NCBI GenBank assembly: GCA_963752255.1
Contig: CAVVXT010000014.1
Coordinates: 128,001-192,000, forward strand
Direction: 5' to 3'
DNA from: Nitrososphaeria archaeon
Lineage (GTDB): Archaea > Thermoproteota > Nitrososphaeria > JACIWG01
Length of the DNA: 64,000 nt
Every line of letters begins with the position of its first letter. The stretch's first letter is position 1. The notes under the pieces are model-generated. The model was not told where the DNA came from, ran no database searches, and saw only the letters and a list, made by a program, of their open reading frames with translations. A program made the translations under genes and the position numbers. This document shows positions 41,755 through 52,104 of this stretch, in pieces.

Positions 41755-41992
41755 TTCCACTCTCACTTAACGAAATTGGCTACCCATGCCCACTCTCTTC
41801 TAAAGTTCCTAGCAAAGGGGTTTAAAAATGTTACTAACATTCAGAGCACATAGATATAAAACAGACGGAAAACTGCATCCACTAGCGTTTTAAAATAGTT
41901 AACGTAGATTAAGTGAAAACCAAATCTGCATGATCATGTAGTAAAACGCTAAACATTTTATGCGCAACACTTAAAAGGTTAAAAGAGATGTA

Positions 41993-43066
41993 ATGTATTG
42001 GGCGCTGAAATTGTCTGTTAAACCTTTTGATGAAACCGAAGCCCTTGAAGCTGTAGACCAGATCGTCGGCAAGTCTCAGTACGTCAATTATATATCAAGG
42101 CAGGCGTACAAATCAATAGAAGAAGCTCTTAAAAAGTCTCTAGAAAGGTCAAGGGTTGTAATCCCTGTCACGGACCCTACTCGTGTGATTTTAAGGGGGA
42201 CCACATTCCAAATGCTGCTAGATGGGATAAGGAATTATGTAGGTCCAGATGAGCATAAGAAACTTCTTCGAATGTTGGGGGAAGAAATAGGAGAAAGTTT
42301 CGGACATGCCCTCATCGAAACGCTCAAACAAAAGGGAAGACTTCCTAAAACAAGTAAGACTATACTCGTCGTTTGGTCAATTTTTGATAGCTCCGCCAGA
42401 TGGGGGGATATATCAGTAGATCTATTTGATGAAACGAGAAAGCGTGCGGAAATAAGGGTGAGCAAGAATTTCCTAACAAGTGGTTACGAACATGACAGAC
42501 ACCGTCATTGCTCCTTTTTTGAGGGCTACATAATGGGCGTAGCTAATCAAGCGTTCATGGAATGGGGGAGGTGGGTCAAAGGATTATATCCTTCCTCAAG
42601 CATTCTTTTATGCGAATCCATAGTGGAAACACAACAAAATGAAAACTGTATTTTCAGTATGAAATTTAAGGAGGAAGAGTTGACTGGGGCCTGTGACAGG
42701 TTAGTTGAAGCTATTAAAATGCATGATAATGGTAAATGGGAAGAATCTGTAAAACTTTCCTCAGAAAGCTTGGAAACTGCTTTAAAGGAAAAGGTTGATT
42801 GGACCAACGGGAAGTTTAGCTTTAGCCGAGCCTTAACAGTCTTCCCTAAAGTCTCAGTAACTTTACCTTCGTCTAATCAAGCGATCAAATTTAACAAGTT
42901 CGCAGGTGAAGTTGTACGTCATAAACTGGGGCGTGTGGTTACAGACGAAGATTCTCATGCATTTGTTGTTTTCGCAAGAAGGTTCATCACTGAACTAGAA
43001 GAAATTCGGTTAGGAGAAAGGTTAAGGACACTTGTTAAAAGGTCCATTCAGACAGATAAGGGTTAG
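41993..43066 (+). CDS. V4R-domain protein with a HEPN-like C-terminal domain
   Basis: V4R pattern WG..I.VSKNF..HCSFFEGYIMG..E....C.F; then LVEA...GKWEESV..S..SLE.ALK...VRH. Confidence 0.6.
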   Translation: MYWALKLSVKPFDETEALEAVDQIVGKSQYVNYISRQAYKSIEEALKKSLERSRVVIPVTDPTRVILRGTTFQMLLDGIRNYVGPDEHKKLLRMLGEEIGESFGHALIETLKQKGRLPKTSKTILVVWSIFDSSARWGDISVDLFDETRKRAEIRVSKNFLTSGYEHDRHRHCSFFEGYIMGVANQAFMEWGRWVKGLYPSSSILLCESIVETQQNENCIFSMKFKEEELTGACDRLVEAIKMHDNGKWEESVKLSSESLETALKEKVDWTNGKFSFSRALTVFPKVSVTLPSSNQAIKFNKFAGEVVRHKLGRVVTDEDSHAFVVFARRFITELEEIRLGERLRTLVKRSIQTDKG

Positions 43067-43240
43067 ACAGCTATAGTCGTCCTACAAGAAATGATAATAA
43101 ATTTTTTTAACAGAGAATCCTCAACTTTAGACTCGTCTAGGAGAGCATTTGTCTTTACTTCAGAATGCAATAAACGGTTTACGCAGATGGAGAAAAAGGT
43201 AAAAATTATCTAGTAACTTTATTATAAGTGTCTTGGAATG

Positions 43241-44142
43241 TTATCGAATTCTAAGGTCTTTACTTTCACTTCTGCTCTTCAATAGGTAGGCTAAAGATAT
43301 TATAATTACGGCAGCAATTAATAATCCATAGACAATCAGTATTATGGAGTCCGATTCCGAGCTCGGCGGAGAACCTGCTAACGGAGTTTGATAGGAACTT
43401 GCTTCAGTTGACATTCCAATATCGCTATTGTTACAGTTAACATTCCAAAACCTAGAGCTGGAGCTAGTAGTTGTTGCCATTGTGCTGTGGTAGGGTAAGT
43501 AGGTGTTTAAGGGGTTGTTGTTGTGGTTGATGTTATTCCAGTTGTTAAAGTTATTGGTTGTTCCACAGGATATTCAGAACCAGTTGGTAACGTTATTGTT
43601 GTTGGGGTTGTTGATGTAGTAAAGGTTGATGTTGTAGTTGTCGTCGGTAATGTGCTCGTTACAGTTGTAGGCATCTTACTATCGTCCAAAACCGCGACGG
43701 ATGCAGAAGAGCCGTCAAAACATTTGACAAAATAGCGCCCTCCAGGTATGTCCTTCGGTGTTGGGATGTTGATCCAATTGTCACCTATGTAGATACCGCT
43801 TGAGAGTGTGGTTGTGGGATTACGTAGATCGACAACGTTAAAAGTCGGTGAGAATCTGAAGTCGCCAGCTGAAATCTGAGAGAAGCCGTCTGCACTCCAT
43901 ACTAAATAGAATTGGCTGCCTGAAAAAGTTACCTGCGCAAAGTTAAGGGTTAAGTTTTCCCCCACAGTAATATATACGGGTAAAGTCGATATGATATGGG
44001 TTTGAGGAGGTACCCCAACAAGTATGTTTCCAGACGACGCGTTCGCGACCTTGACGAAGGATAAGAATGATATAAAAGTAACTGGAAGCAGTAATGCTAG
44101 TATTATGACTGTTTCCTTTTTATTTAGTTTTTGCACCTTCAA
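43241..44142 (-). pseudogene. Split Thr-rich cell-surface protein, paralog of 45794-47233
   Basis: Signal peptide, shared domain and Thr linker stop at 43507; the TM anchor lies in another frame (43241-43480). Confidence 0.65.
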
Positions 44143-44215
44143 CTTAGACAGCTGCTAATAATAAAGTAGCACACTAACTGCTATTTAATCTTTTGATTAT
44201 ATTTGCAGTGTTGTT

Positions 44216-44605
44216 TTAAAAAAATTTTATTTTAGTTACGGGTTTGCTCAGAGAATATATTAAGTCGGCTCTTCTCAGTAAAGTCCAATCGTAACCGACC
44301 TCTATGGACTGAATAAAATCTATTATCTTCCTCTCATGTTCAAGCTTATAGATCGTGAACATCAAAATGACCGCCGAATTATCAGATTCAATTTTTAGGC
44401 TCAACATTATTCCCAACCTAGCATATTTTTTGAGGGAAACCTTCAGCTTATCAAGCCTCGTGGGGACAACGTTTGATGCAGAAAAAGTGACATAGTGTTC
44501 GAACCTATTTTCTGTGAGACCCCTTCTGAGGTACATTATAAATAAATCTTTAGAGGACAGGGCAAGGTGTGGCCAGTCGGCCTCCGACCTCCTTGGTTCT
44601 TCCAT
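44216..44605 (-). CDS. Hypothetical protein
   Basis: 129-aa ORF, no recognised motif. Confidence 0.5.
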   Translation of the reverse strand: MEEPRRSEADWPHLALSSKDLFIMYLRRGLTENRFEHYVTFSASNVVPTRLDKLKVSLKKYARLGIMLSLKIESDNSAVILMFTIYKLEHERKIIDFIQSIEVGYDWTLLRRADLIYSLSKPVTKIKFF

Positions 44606-44723
44606 TCGATTACATTATCTATAGGCCCCACTTTTTGGGCTAGGAACCCTGTCAGACCTTGAAAATGTTTTCGCCAAATTTTTTATATCGTGTTCCAGTT
44701 ATAGTCTGGTAGAGTGGTAAATA

Positions 44724-45644
44724 ATGAGAATTTTCAAGCCGACTAAATATTATAGTACATATAGCGCCTTACATCCGCCAGCCTTTGAAGTGGAGCCTGG
44801 TGAAACATTCACGGTCGAAACCGCAGACGCATATAGAGGGAAAATTAGGTCAGAATCAGACCTGCCAACCCCCGATAGAATACCTTCCGAGAATGGTAAT
44901 CCGCAAAGTGGTCCGATCTACGTCAAAGGCGCAGAAAAAGGGGATGTGCTTTCTGTTGAAATAGTCGATATAGTGGTTAATGCAAACCACGGTGCGACAA
45001 CGATAGCCCCGGATATGGGGGCTTTAACGCGCACGAACAATACAAGATTATTAAATGATCCTCTTCCACCAATTACAAGGATATGTCCTATAAAAGATGG
45101 TAAGATCTACTTCTCAAATAGAATTATAATACCTATGGAACCTATGATAGGGACAATTGGGACCGCTCCCGAATTTGAGTCAATAACGAGCTTATCGCCT
45201 GGTCCTTATGGGGGAAATATGGACTGCCCCGATATATGTATCGGCAACAAAATCATGTTACCAGTCAACGTTAAAGGTGCTCTTCTCTTCGTTGGAGACG
45301 TCCACGCGGTTCAAGGCGATGGGGAAATCTCTGGTTCAGCAATAGAAGTGCCTGCGGCATGCGTTTTGAAAGCCGATTTGATCAAAAAAAGAAAGATAAA
45401 CTGGCCACGGATAGAATCAAAAGATTACATCATGACGGTTGGTAGCAGTAGACCATTAGAAGATGCCTCAAGAATCGCACTCACTGAACTGATACTCTGG
45501 CTTGAGGGAGAATATAAATTCGATAAACTTGAAGCATACCAGCTTTGCAGTCAAGTCGCAAAGATGAGGGTAGCGCAAATGGTCGATCCTCTCTATACCA
45601 TCGTCGCAAAGTTTCCAAAAAAATATCTTCCCAGAATTACATAA
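44724..45644 (+). CDS. Acetamidase/formamidase family protein
   Basis: GPIYVKGAEKGD, GGNMD, GDVHAVQGDGE. Confidence 0.92.
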   Translation: MRIFKPTKYYSTYSALHPPAFEVEPGETFTVETADAYRGKIRSESDLPTPDRIPSENGNPQSGPIYVKGAEKGDVLSVEIVDIVVNANHGATTIAPDMGALTRTNNTRLLNDPLPPITRICPIKDGKIYFSNRIIIPMEPMIGTIGTAPEFESITSLSPGPYGGNMDCPDICIGNKIMLPVNVKGALLFVGDVHAVQGDGEISGSAIEVPAACVLKADLIKKRKINWPRIESKDYIMTVGSSRPLEDASRIALTELILWLEGEYKFDKLEAYQLCSQVAKMRVAQMVDPLYTIVAKFPKKYLPRIT

Positions 45645-45793
45645 CACCAAATTTCTCTGTCCCAAAATCCAGGTGTAAAAAATTGGAAAAGGGAATACCC
45701 TTGTTCTTAATCATAATTAAGTAGAGGCAGCTGGCTTCAAATATGTTAAGGTTTTGTAGACTAGGTTACCGAACCAGCTCAGATTTCCTATGT

Positions 45794-47233
45794 CTATTTT
45801 CTTCTACTCCTTAATAGAAGGATTGCGGCAGCCGCCACTATCGCAATAAATATCACTAGGACAGCAGGTATTAGTAAATTTGATTCAGGACCAGATGGTG
45901 TAGTTGTTGATGTAGTTGAGGTGGAGGTTGTTGTCGTAGACGGCGTGCTTGTTGTAGTAGAGGTTGAAGTTGTTGTAGATGTTGTTGAAGTTGTAGATGC
46001 CGAAGTTTGACTGGTTTTTGTACTTGTAGATTGGGTTGTAGTTGAAGGGCTTGTCGCAGTTGTAGTAGTTGTTATAGTTACTGTTGAAGTTGTTGTAGTT
46101 GGTATCGTCGTAGTAATCGTTTTTGTGGTTGTAGTGGTGGTTGTGCTCGTCGTTGTAGTCGTCGTGGTTGACACCGTAGTCGTCGTTGTAGAAGTTGTTG
46201 TAGTTGTAGTTTGATTAACTGCGTCTTCCAACGTAATTCTATGTGTTCCTATCGATGTTATAGGCACCCTCACTGTCGTGTTAAAGAATCCTGAGCTGTT
46301 CGTCTGCGCTGTGCCCATGGTCGCATTATCAAAATAGATGGTTACAACCGGTGGGTGAAAGTAATTGCCTGCGATTCTAAGAGAATCGTTGACATGAACC
46401 TGGACCGTAGCGAACCCTGTATTGTTGCCGAACATGTCGCCGGGAAGGGGATAAACGTTACCAACCTGAAGAAGGCCCCTTCTGCCTTCCATATAATCGG
46501 CTTCGGCTTGGTATCCTGTTGCAGTGTCATTACTAAAAAACTTGATCACATCGAATGTTATCGGATTTTCTCCAGCTGGCATCCACTGTTTTAGGTCCGG
46601 AGCTGTAGTTGCGTATGCGAAATGACCTTGTGCGTCGGTTGATACTGTCGCAAGCGTTTTATTCACAGCTGCAATGGGGTCATAATAGGTTAACTTCACA
46701 GCACTGTTTGCGATAAAAGCAGTGCCTTTTAGAGAAATTGGAGAGCCTCCTGCCCCCTTTGTAAATGGGGTGACTTCTAGTATTGAGAGCATGTCAACGT
46801 AGTTGTTTGAAACTGCCACAGATGTTGCGCTACCGTCAAAACATTTTACGTAGTAGTGTCCACCAACCACCGCCGTTGGTATCGAAATGTTAACCCAATT
46901 GTTGCCTACATAGATGCCGTTTGAGAGCTTTCTGGATCCATGTAGGTCAACGATGTTAAAAATTGGTGAAAACTTGAAGTCGCCTATTGAGATCGAAGAG
47001 AAGCCGTCTGCACTCCATACCAAATAGAACTGGCCACCTGAAAAGGTCACGGCTCCAAAGTAAACACTAATGTTTCCACCTGCACGTACGCTTACAACAG
47101 GGGCAGGCAGCGTGGTTAGACCAATAAGTATGTTTCCTGTAGACGCCTTCGAAGCAGGCGTGAATGGGAAGAAAGCTATGAACATTGTTGAAATAAGTAT
47201 CGTGAGAAATATTACAGTCTTAGTCTTTTTCAT
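45794..47233 (-). CDS. Membrane-anchored Ser/Thr-rich cell-surface glycoprotein
   Basis: Signal peptide, beta-rich domains with NxT/S sequons, about 105-aa T/S stalk, C-terminal TM plus RSRRK. Confidence 0.85.
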   Translation of the reverse strand: MKKTKTVIFLTILISTMFIAFFPFTPASKASTGNILIGLTTLPAPVVSVRAGGNISVYFGAVTFSGGQFYLVWSADGFSSISIGDFKFSPIFNIVDLHGSRKLSNGIYVGNNWVNISIPTAVVGGHYYVKCFDGSATSVAVSNNYVDMLSILEVTPFTKGAGGSPISLKGTAFIANSAVKLTYYDPIAAVNKTLATVSTDAQGHFAYATTAPDLKQWMPAGENPITFDVIKFFSNDTATGYQAEADYMEGRRGLLQVGNVYPLPGDMFGNNTGFATVQVHVNDSLRIAGNYFHPPVVTIYFDNATMGTAQTNSSGFFNTTVRVPITSIGTHRITLEDAVNQTTTTTTSTTTTTVSTTTTTTTSTTTTTTTKTITTTIPTTTTSTVTITTTTTATSPSTTTQSTSTKTSQTSASTTSTTSTTTSTSTTTSTPSTTTTSTSTTSTTTPSGPESNLLIPAVLVIFIAIVAAAAILLLRSRRK

Positions 47234-47370
47234 ATCTTCTTTACACCTTCGTACATAGACAGTCTTTAAGAAAACCGCATGCTTGTTATTTATCCTTTTA
47301 CCATTTAAAAAAAGTAGAAAAGTAGAAATTAAAAGATTTTGTCGATATTGATTATTAACTTTTTGATTTC

Positions 47371-47769
47371 TTACTGTGATAATGTAAGGGGCACAGAGGC
47401 TAAGATCGCTACGGCGCCTGATGAAGTAGCCTGCCCTATTATAAATATCTTTGCGCCAACGACGTTACTTCCTACTTCGTAAGAACCTGTCATTGTGCTT
47501 TTGGTTGCTGTAAAACTACCTGAATGTAAGACGCTCCCATTTAGGTCAGCTCCAACGATATAGCTTTCTCCTTTTATCAAGCCTGAAGCTGTCCACATTA
47601 TTGTGTCACCTACAACGTAACTTGTCCTGTCTGTAATTATTGTGTAGGTGGAGGTCGTTTTTTGAAAAAGGTAGTTTGATCCTCCTCCAAGAATTAATAA
47701 TATTACCGCCGCGATTAGAGCGCCTTTAGCAACCCTCTCCTTAAATTCTGACATATCTTTCCATTGCAT
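47371..47769 (-). CDS. Small exported or membrane-anchored beta-rich protein
   Basis: N-terminal TM; TDRTSYVVGDTI motif. Confidence 0.65.
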   Translation of the reverse strand: MQWKDMSEFKERVAKGALIAAVILLILGGGSNYLFQKTTSTYTIITDRTSYVVGDTIMWTASGLIKGESYIVGADLNGSVLHSGSFTATKSTMTGSYEVGSNVVGAKIFIIGQATSSGAVAILASVPLTLSQ

Positions 47770-48230
47770 TTATTTTGCATAGATATATCACTTACCTAGA
47801 ATCATTCATCAATTATTATTATGACTAAGGTTAAGTTGTCAAAATGCTTCGGCAACAGGCATATGCGTACGCTGTTGAATACGTTTTAAATAGCACAATT
47901 TGAAAATGAGTTTAGGCTATAACAACAAAACAGGCTCAATTGTTCACAATTTAACCTTCATATTATTCTTACTGAACTCATGCCAAATCATCGCTAAAAT
48001 TGATCTAGATCTATCCACGACCAACCCCATCGTATATTCATCATAATGTTGGCCTTAGATTTTGATGCACCAGAAAAATCATCCAAAGAATTTATTGCAA
48101 ATATACTGAGGTCATTTTTTTATCTGGCTGCAATTTTGGGTTAGCATTAGATTTTATTTTCCTAAAAAGGTTTGATCTGGGAATTATCTTTATGACCTTA
48201 AGGGGTTCCATCTTTTTTGATAAATAGGCT

Positions 48231-48404
48231 GTCAAGTCTGTTAAGTCGGCGTTAAGTTTGCCGTTAAGTTTGCTGTTAAGTCGGTGTTAAGTTGTGCGTT
48301 AAGTTTTCCGTTAAATTTAAGTTTTTTAACGCCAAAAACTGTGTCCGGTTTTTACCTCATCATTTTCCAGTAGACTTGTCTGGGGCATCTGTTAAGTGTT
48401 AAGC
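48231..48404. repeat. Phased GTTAAGT direct-repeat array
   Basis: Exact copies at 48240, 48251, 48263, 48275, 48286, 48298 and 48391; variants at 48231, 48310 and 48398. Confidence 0.85.
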
Positions 48405-48953
48405 TGTTTTCCTTGACGCAGCATTTGCAGGCCTTTGTCCGTCAATTGGGCCTTTACACCATCTGATCCAGATGTCAATATCACGGTTCCCTCTTTCTAG
48501 TACTTATGCAGGTAGTCTCAGGCGTTCTCCCTGGTAGTCCCAAATTTTGTCCCCCTCCATATTGAATAATGGAGGGTTATTAGGGCTCAATTCAAGCCTT
48601 CTTAGACAAATAGAAAACGCGTCGATTGTGGAGGATTGGCACGCTAGAGTTATGGTACAAGGTCTGGTCAAAGCAAAGCTAAAGCCTACCGATCGACTTA
48701 GAATTACAACGTGTAAAGACTATAGTAGATTGATAAAAATCCTTACATCAGTTCTTTAACATTATAGTTTAACGCTTAAGATCCTATATTTCTGCCTGTT
48801 CTATCGTTGATCATTAACTTCTTTGTTCTTCGAACTGTTTCTCAAAACCTTTTCAATCTCCTCTTTTTTTGATCAATCATTTGAGGATATCTCATGGAAT
48901 AGTCTGAAGTATACAGCACGTGCCGCATAGACATCTTTTTAGCGATAAATTCT

Positions 48954-49538
48954 TCAGGTCTCTGTTTTACTTTTTCCTCTTCGCTTAAACTTTGGACATG
49001 CCGTACATGTTAATGGGTGTTCCTTTACGTTCATCTTTACCAAATTAACTTCCTTTGTCTGATCCAGCCGACGCCAAAATGTGCAGAAGCCGTCTTTATC
49101 GATCATCTTACAGCCATATTCGCGATCAGAAGCCCTAAGACTTGCAATCATTTGCAACGAGTCTACGCTTTCCAAAAGCTTTTTGAGCCTTAAATCAGCT
49201 GACCCAATACCTTCTTTGAGGCTTGTTAATTCGTCATCAACTCGAGACATCCTCTCGCTGAGATCTTTTATCGTTTTCACTTCCTTGAGCTGATCGCTTA
49301 TATCGTCAGCTACTTTGGTGAGCTCGTTTAACCTCGCATTTAGTTCATCTATCCTTTTGTCTAGCTCTGCGACCTGCGTAATCTTGGGCTGATGGCTTTC
49401 GTACGGTGATATAAGCTCCCAAGTCTTGTAGCTGCTTCTTCCCAGCTGTTTCCCTATTTCTCTATAGCTTAAGCCATTTCTTCTAAGCTCCAACGCCTTC
49501 CTTGTCAGCTCGTCGTCATCTCCCTTTTTCCTTGGCAT
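48954..49538 (-). CDS. HTH / coiled-coil / Cys-rich protein, mobile-element-like
   Basis: ALELRRNGLSYREIGKQLGRS HTH, long heptad region, C..C..CxxC tail; ATG 49538. Confidence 0.75.
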   Translation of the reverse strand: MPRKKGDDDELTRKALELRRNGLSYREIGKQLGRSSYKTWELISPYESHQPKITQVAELDKRIDELNARLNELTKVADDISDQLKEVKTIKDLSERMSRVDDELTSLKEGIGSADLRLKKLLESVDSLQMIASLRASDREYGCKMIDKDGFCTFWRRLDQTKEVNLVKMNVKEHPLTCTACPKFKRRGKSKTET

Positions 49539-49539
49539 A

Positions 49540-49588
49540 ATAACGTTATATGATAACGTTATATAAGAACATTTTATAATAACGTTTG
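49540..49588. promoter_or_regulatory. Tandem ATAACGTTAT palindromes (operator candidate)
   Basis: Perfect copies at 49540 and 49553, partial copy at 49579, immediately upstream of the HTH gene. Confidence 0.6.
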
Positions 49589-49795
49589 ACAAAAAGCTGG
49601 TGCCCAAACATATCCGTATACCCGTTTATATTCATCGGACATGAGCTCTTATATCATGCTCCAACTTAAACCGAAGTCCTTTTCAAGCTGCTTCATTATG
49701 TCTGTGCTCTCGGTCATACTCCTATCCCCTTTTGAGCGATACTATTGCCCTGTTGATATAGGGTACCCTATTGTCAACTTTGACAGTTGGTCAAG

Positions 49796-49881
49796 TGATG
49801 GCGGATGATGAACGCCGATGATGGATGTTGATGGTTGATGATGGAAGATGATGATCGTTGATGATGACTGTTGATGACTGA
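49796..49881. repeat. Degenerate (T/G)GATGATG low-complexity repeat
   Basis: More than 10 GATG units in 85 bp of intergenic DNA. Confidence 0.7.
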
Positions 49882-50676
49882 GTCTGGCTAATAGAATAGC
49901 ACGGGAACTCTAGGAAAAGCCTCAGACAGCTATTACAGATATTGTATGAGGTTTGGAGAGGGAATTAAGAAAAGGATAAGGAATGTGGACACTTTTACCA
50001 GAACCATTTATCATCATCAATTATAACTTACCAGTATTTGGGTTTATTATAATATCTAAGATTGTACCCGCCGATGTCCTATAATGTACCTGACTGTTCG
50101 ATTTTATGCATGTGATTGTCCCATAGTTGCAAAGGAAAAAATAAGGATATCGTTTAATAATTTGAACTAAGAATTCAAACGGTTTCTTAAATTTGGGGAA
50201 AGACATCCAGCATGTCCATGCCAAGGAAAATTAGGTGAGGTTGACAATCAAGCTCTGTTGTAGGGGGCAACCATGATTTGATTTCATGGAATGGCCGGGT
50301 TTGGCGATGCTTCAGTGAGGTTTATGATTTTGCCGCAAAGAACTATAGATAATCATGAAATTTACTATAAAAAACCAGTTATCATAGGCTTAAGGATACA
50401 GTTTTCAAAGATAGTTTTCCACAATAGGAAATATGAAAAATCCTTTATTGCTAATTCATATTTTTTCCTTAAACTAAATAGAAGAAATAAATGCTACATT
50501 TAGTTTTAAAGGTGCTTGTGTTTATTTTGCGGCTTTGACAGAGCTAGTTTATTTATTTCTTTTAATGCTATATGTCATTTTCTTATTATATTACAATTCT
50601 TAATGAATTATCATGTTGTTATACAAACGGTTTTAAAGTATTATATACGAATTAATACAGTTTTTGATAGCGCTGT

Positions 50677-52104
50677 ATGAGCAACAAGGGTAATCAATCC
50701 TACAAGTGGGCTGTTCTCCTGATAACTTCAATTGGCGCTTTTATGTCCCCCCTCGATAGTACAATAGTGAGTGTTTCACTTCCATCGATAGCATCAGGCC
50801 TAGGCATCGATTATGCTACGGTCATATGGGTTCCAACCGCGTACCTGACATCCCTTGCCGTTCTCCTTCTGACCGTTGGAAGGCTGTCCGACTTAAGGGG
50901 AAGGAAAATGCTATTCATCTCGGGGCTTTCTATATTTGTTTTATCGTCATTGCTCTGCAGTCTGTCTAACTCTGGTCTTCAGCTCATAATATTCAGGTTT
51001 ATGCAGGGAGCTGGAGCCGCATTCATGGGATCTACTTCAACCGCTATAATTACAGACGTATTCCCAAGCAAAGAAAGGGGCAAGGCGTTGGGGATAAACA
51101 CGATGTCGATCTATGTGGGACTTTCAGTTGGCCCAAGTCTGGGCGGTTTCTTAACTCAGCTTCTCGGATGGCGCTCAATCTTTTACATAAATGTTCCAAT
51201 AGGCGTCCTGACTATTGTTTTAGCCCTCTCAAAGTTAGAGGAATCCATGACCAACCCCCAGAGGAAACGTTTTGACCTGTTGGGGGCATTAACATTTTCT
51301 TGCGGCCTCGTCGCCCTATTGGTGGCTCTTACATTGAGCGGAAATTATGGATGGGGGGCTCCCATATTCAGCCTCCTGTTAGCTGGTGTGTTCCTATTGC
51401 TAATCTTCATTCTCATTGAAAAGAAAAAGGGTGCTGAAGCCATGCTCGACATTTCACTCTTTTCCCACAATAGGCTGTTTGCAGCCGCAAATTTCTCCGC
51501 CTTATTGAACTATACATCCTACTTTGGTGTGAGTTTGTTCATATCGTTCTACCTCCAGAGGATCCTGAACTACTCCCCCTTGAGAGCGGGGATCATACTT
51601 TTCACAATGCCAGTTATCATGTCCATTTTGTCTCCTTTCAGCGGCTGGATTTCCGACAGAATTGGTTCAAGAACTTTAAGCTCGTCGGGCATGTCTCTTA
51701 TGTGTCTTGGGCTCCTGCTTATGACAACATTAGACGTCAGTTCTTCCTCTTTAGATGTGTCGATTAGGCTCTTTATCATAGGCTTTGGTATGGGGCTATT
51801 TTCCTCTCCCAATACGAGCGCTGTGATGGGCTCCGTTGAAAAGGACAAATTGGGTGTAGCATCCGGCACGTTGGCGACGATGAGGTTCTTAGGACAGTCA
51901 ATGAGCCTAGCTGTGATGGGTGCCATCGTTGCTACAGTTGTTCCCAGCAAAGTTCTATCCGATCTTTTCATAGGCCTTTACCCTTCCGGTAGCGAAGTTG
52001 TAGCAAAGGCCTTCGTAGAAGGAATAAGGCGAGCATTTATCGTTTCAGCATTTATAGCCGCCTTAGGCGTCTTCACATCTCTAGTTAGAGGGAAGGGAAA
52101 GTAA
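50677..52104 (+). CDS. MFS transporter, DHA2 (EmrB/QacA-like)
   Basis: LDSTIVSVSLP, GRLSDLRGRK, GPSLGG; about 14 TM. Confidence 0.93.
   Translation: MSNKGNQSYKWAVLLITSIGAFMSPLDSTIVSVSLPSIASGLGIDYATVIWVPTAYLTSLAVLLLTVGRLSDLRGRKMLFISGLSIFVLSSLLCSLSNSGLQLIIFRFMQGAGAAFMGSTSTAIITDVFPSKERGKALGINTMSIYVGLSVGPSLGGFLTQLLGWRSIFYINVPIGVLTIVLALSKLEESMTNPQRKRFDLLGALTFSCGLVALLVALTLSGNYGWGAPIFSLLLAGVFLLLIFILIEKKKGAEAMLDISLFSHNRLFAAANFSALLNYTSYFGVSLFISFYLQRILNYSPLRAGIILFTMPVIMSILSPFSGWISDRIGSRTLSSSGMSLMCLGLLLMTTLDVSSSSLDVSIRLFIIGFGMGLFSSPNTSAVMGSVEKDKLGVASGTLATMRFLGQSMSLAVMGAIVATVVPSKVLSDLFIGLYPSGSEVVAKAFVEGIRRAFIVSAFIAALGVFTSLVRGKGK

Noticed and set aside
45880-46210. GTT/GTA-rich tandem repeats
   Set aside because: Explained by Thr/Ser codons of the surface-protein stalk
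43507-47233. Diversity-generating retroelement TR/VR pair
   Set aside because: The similarity looks like ordinary paralog divergence, not adenine-specific, and there is no reverse transcriptase in the window
48231-48330. Possible CRISPR array
   Set aside because: Repeats are 7 bp with 2-5 bp gaps; no spacers and no cas genes
50291-50340. GGCGATG as a fluoride riboswitch
   Set aside because: Lacks the complementary TCGCC stem and the downstream CTGATG motif
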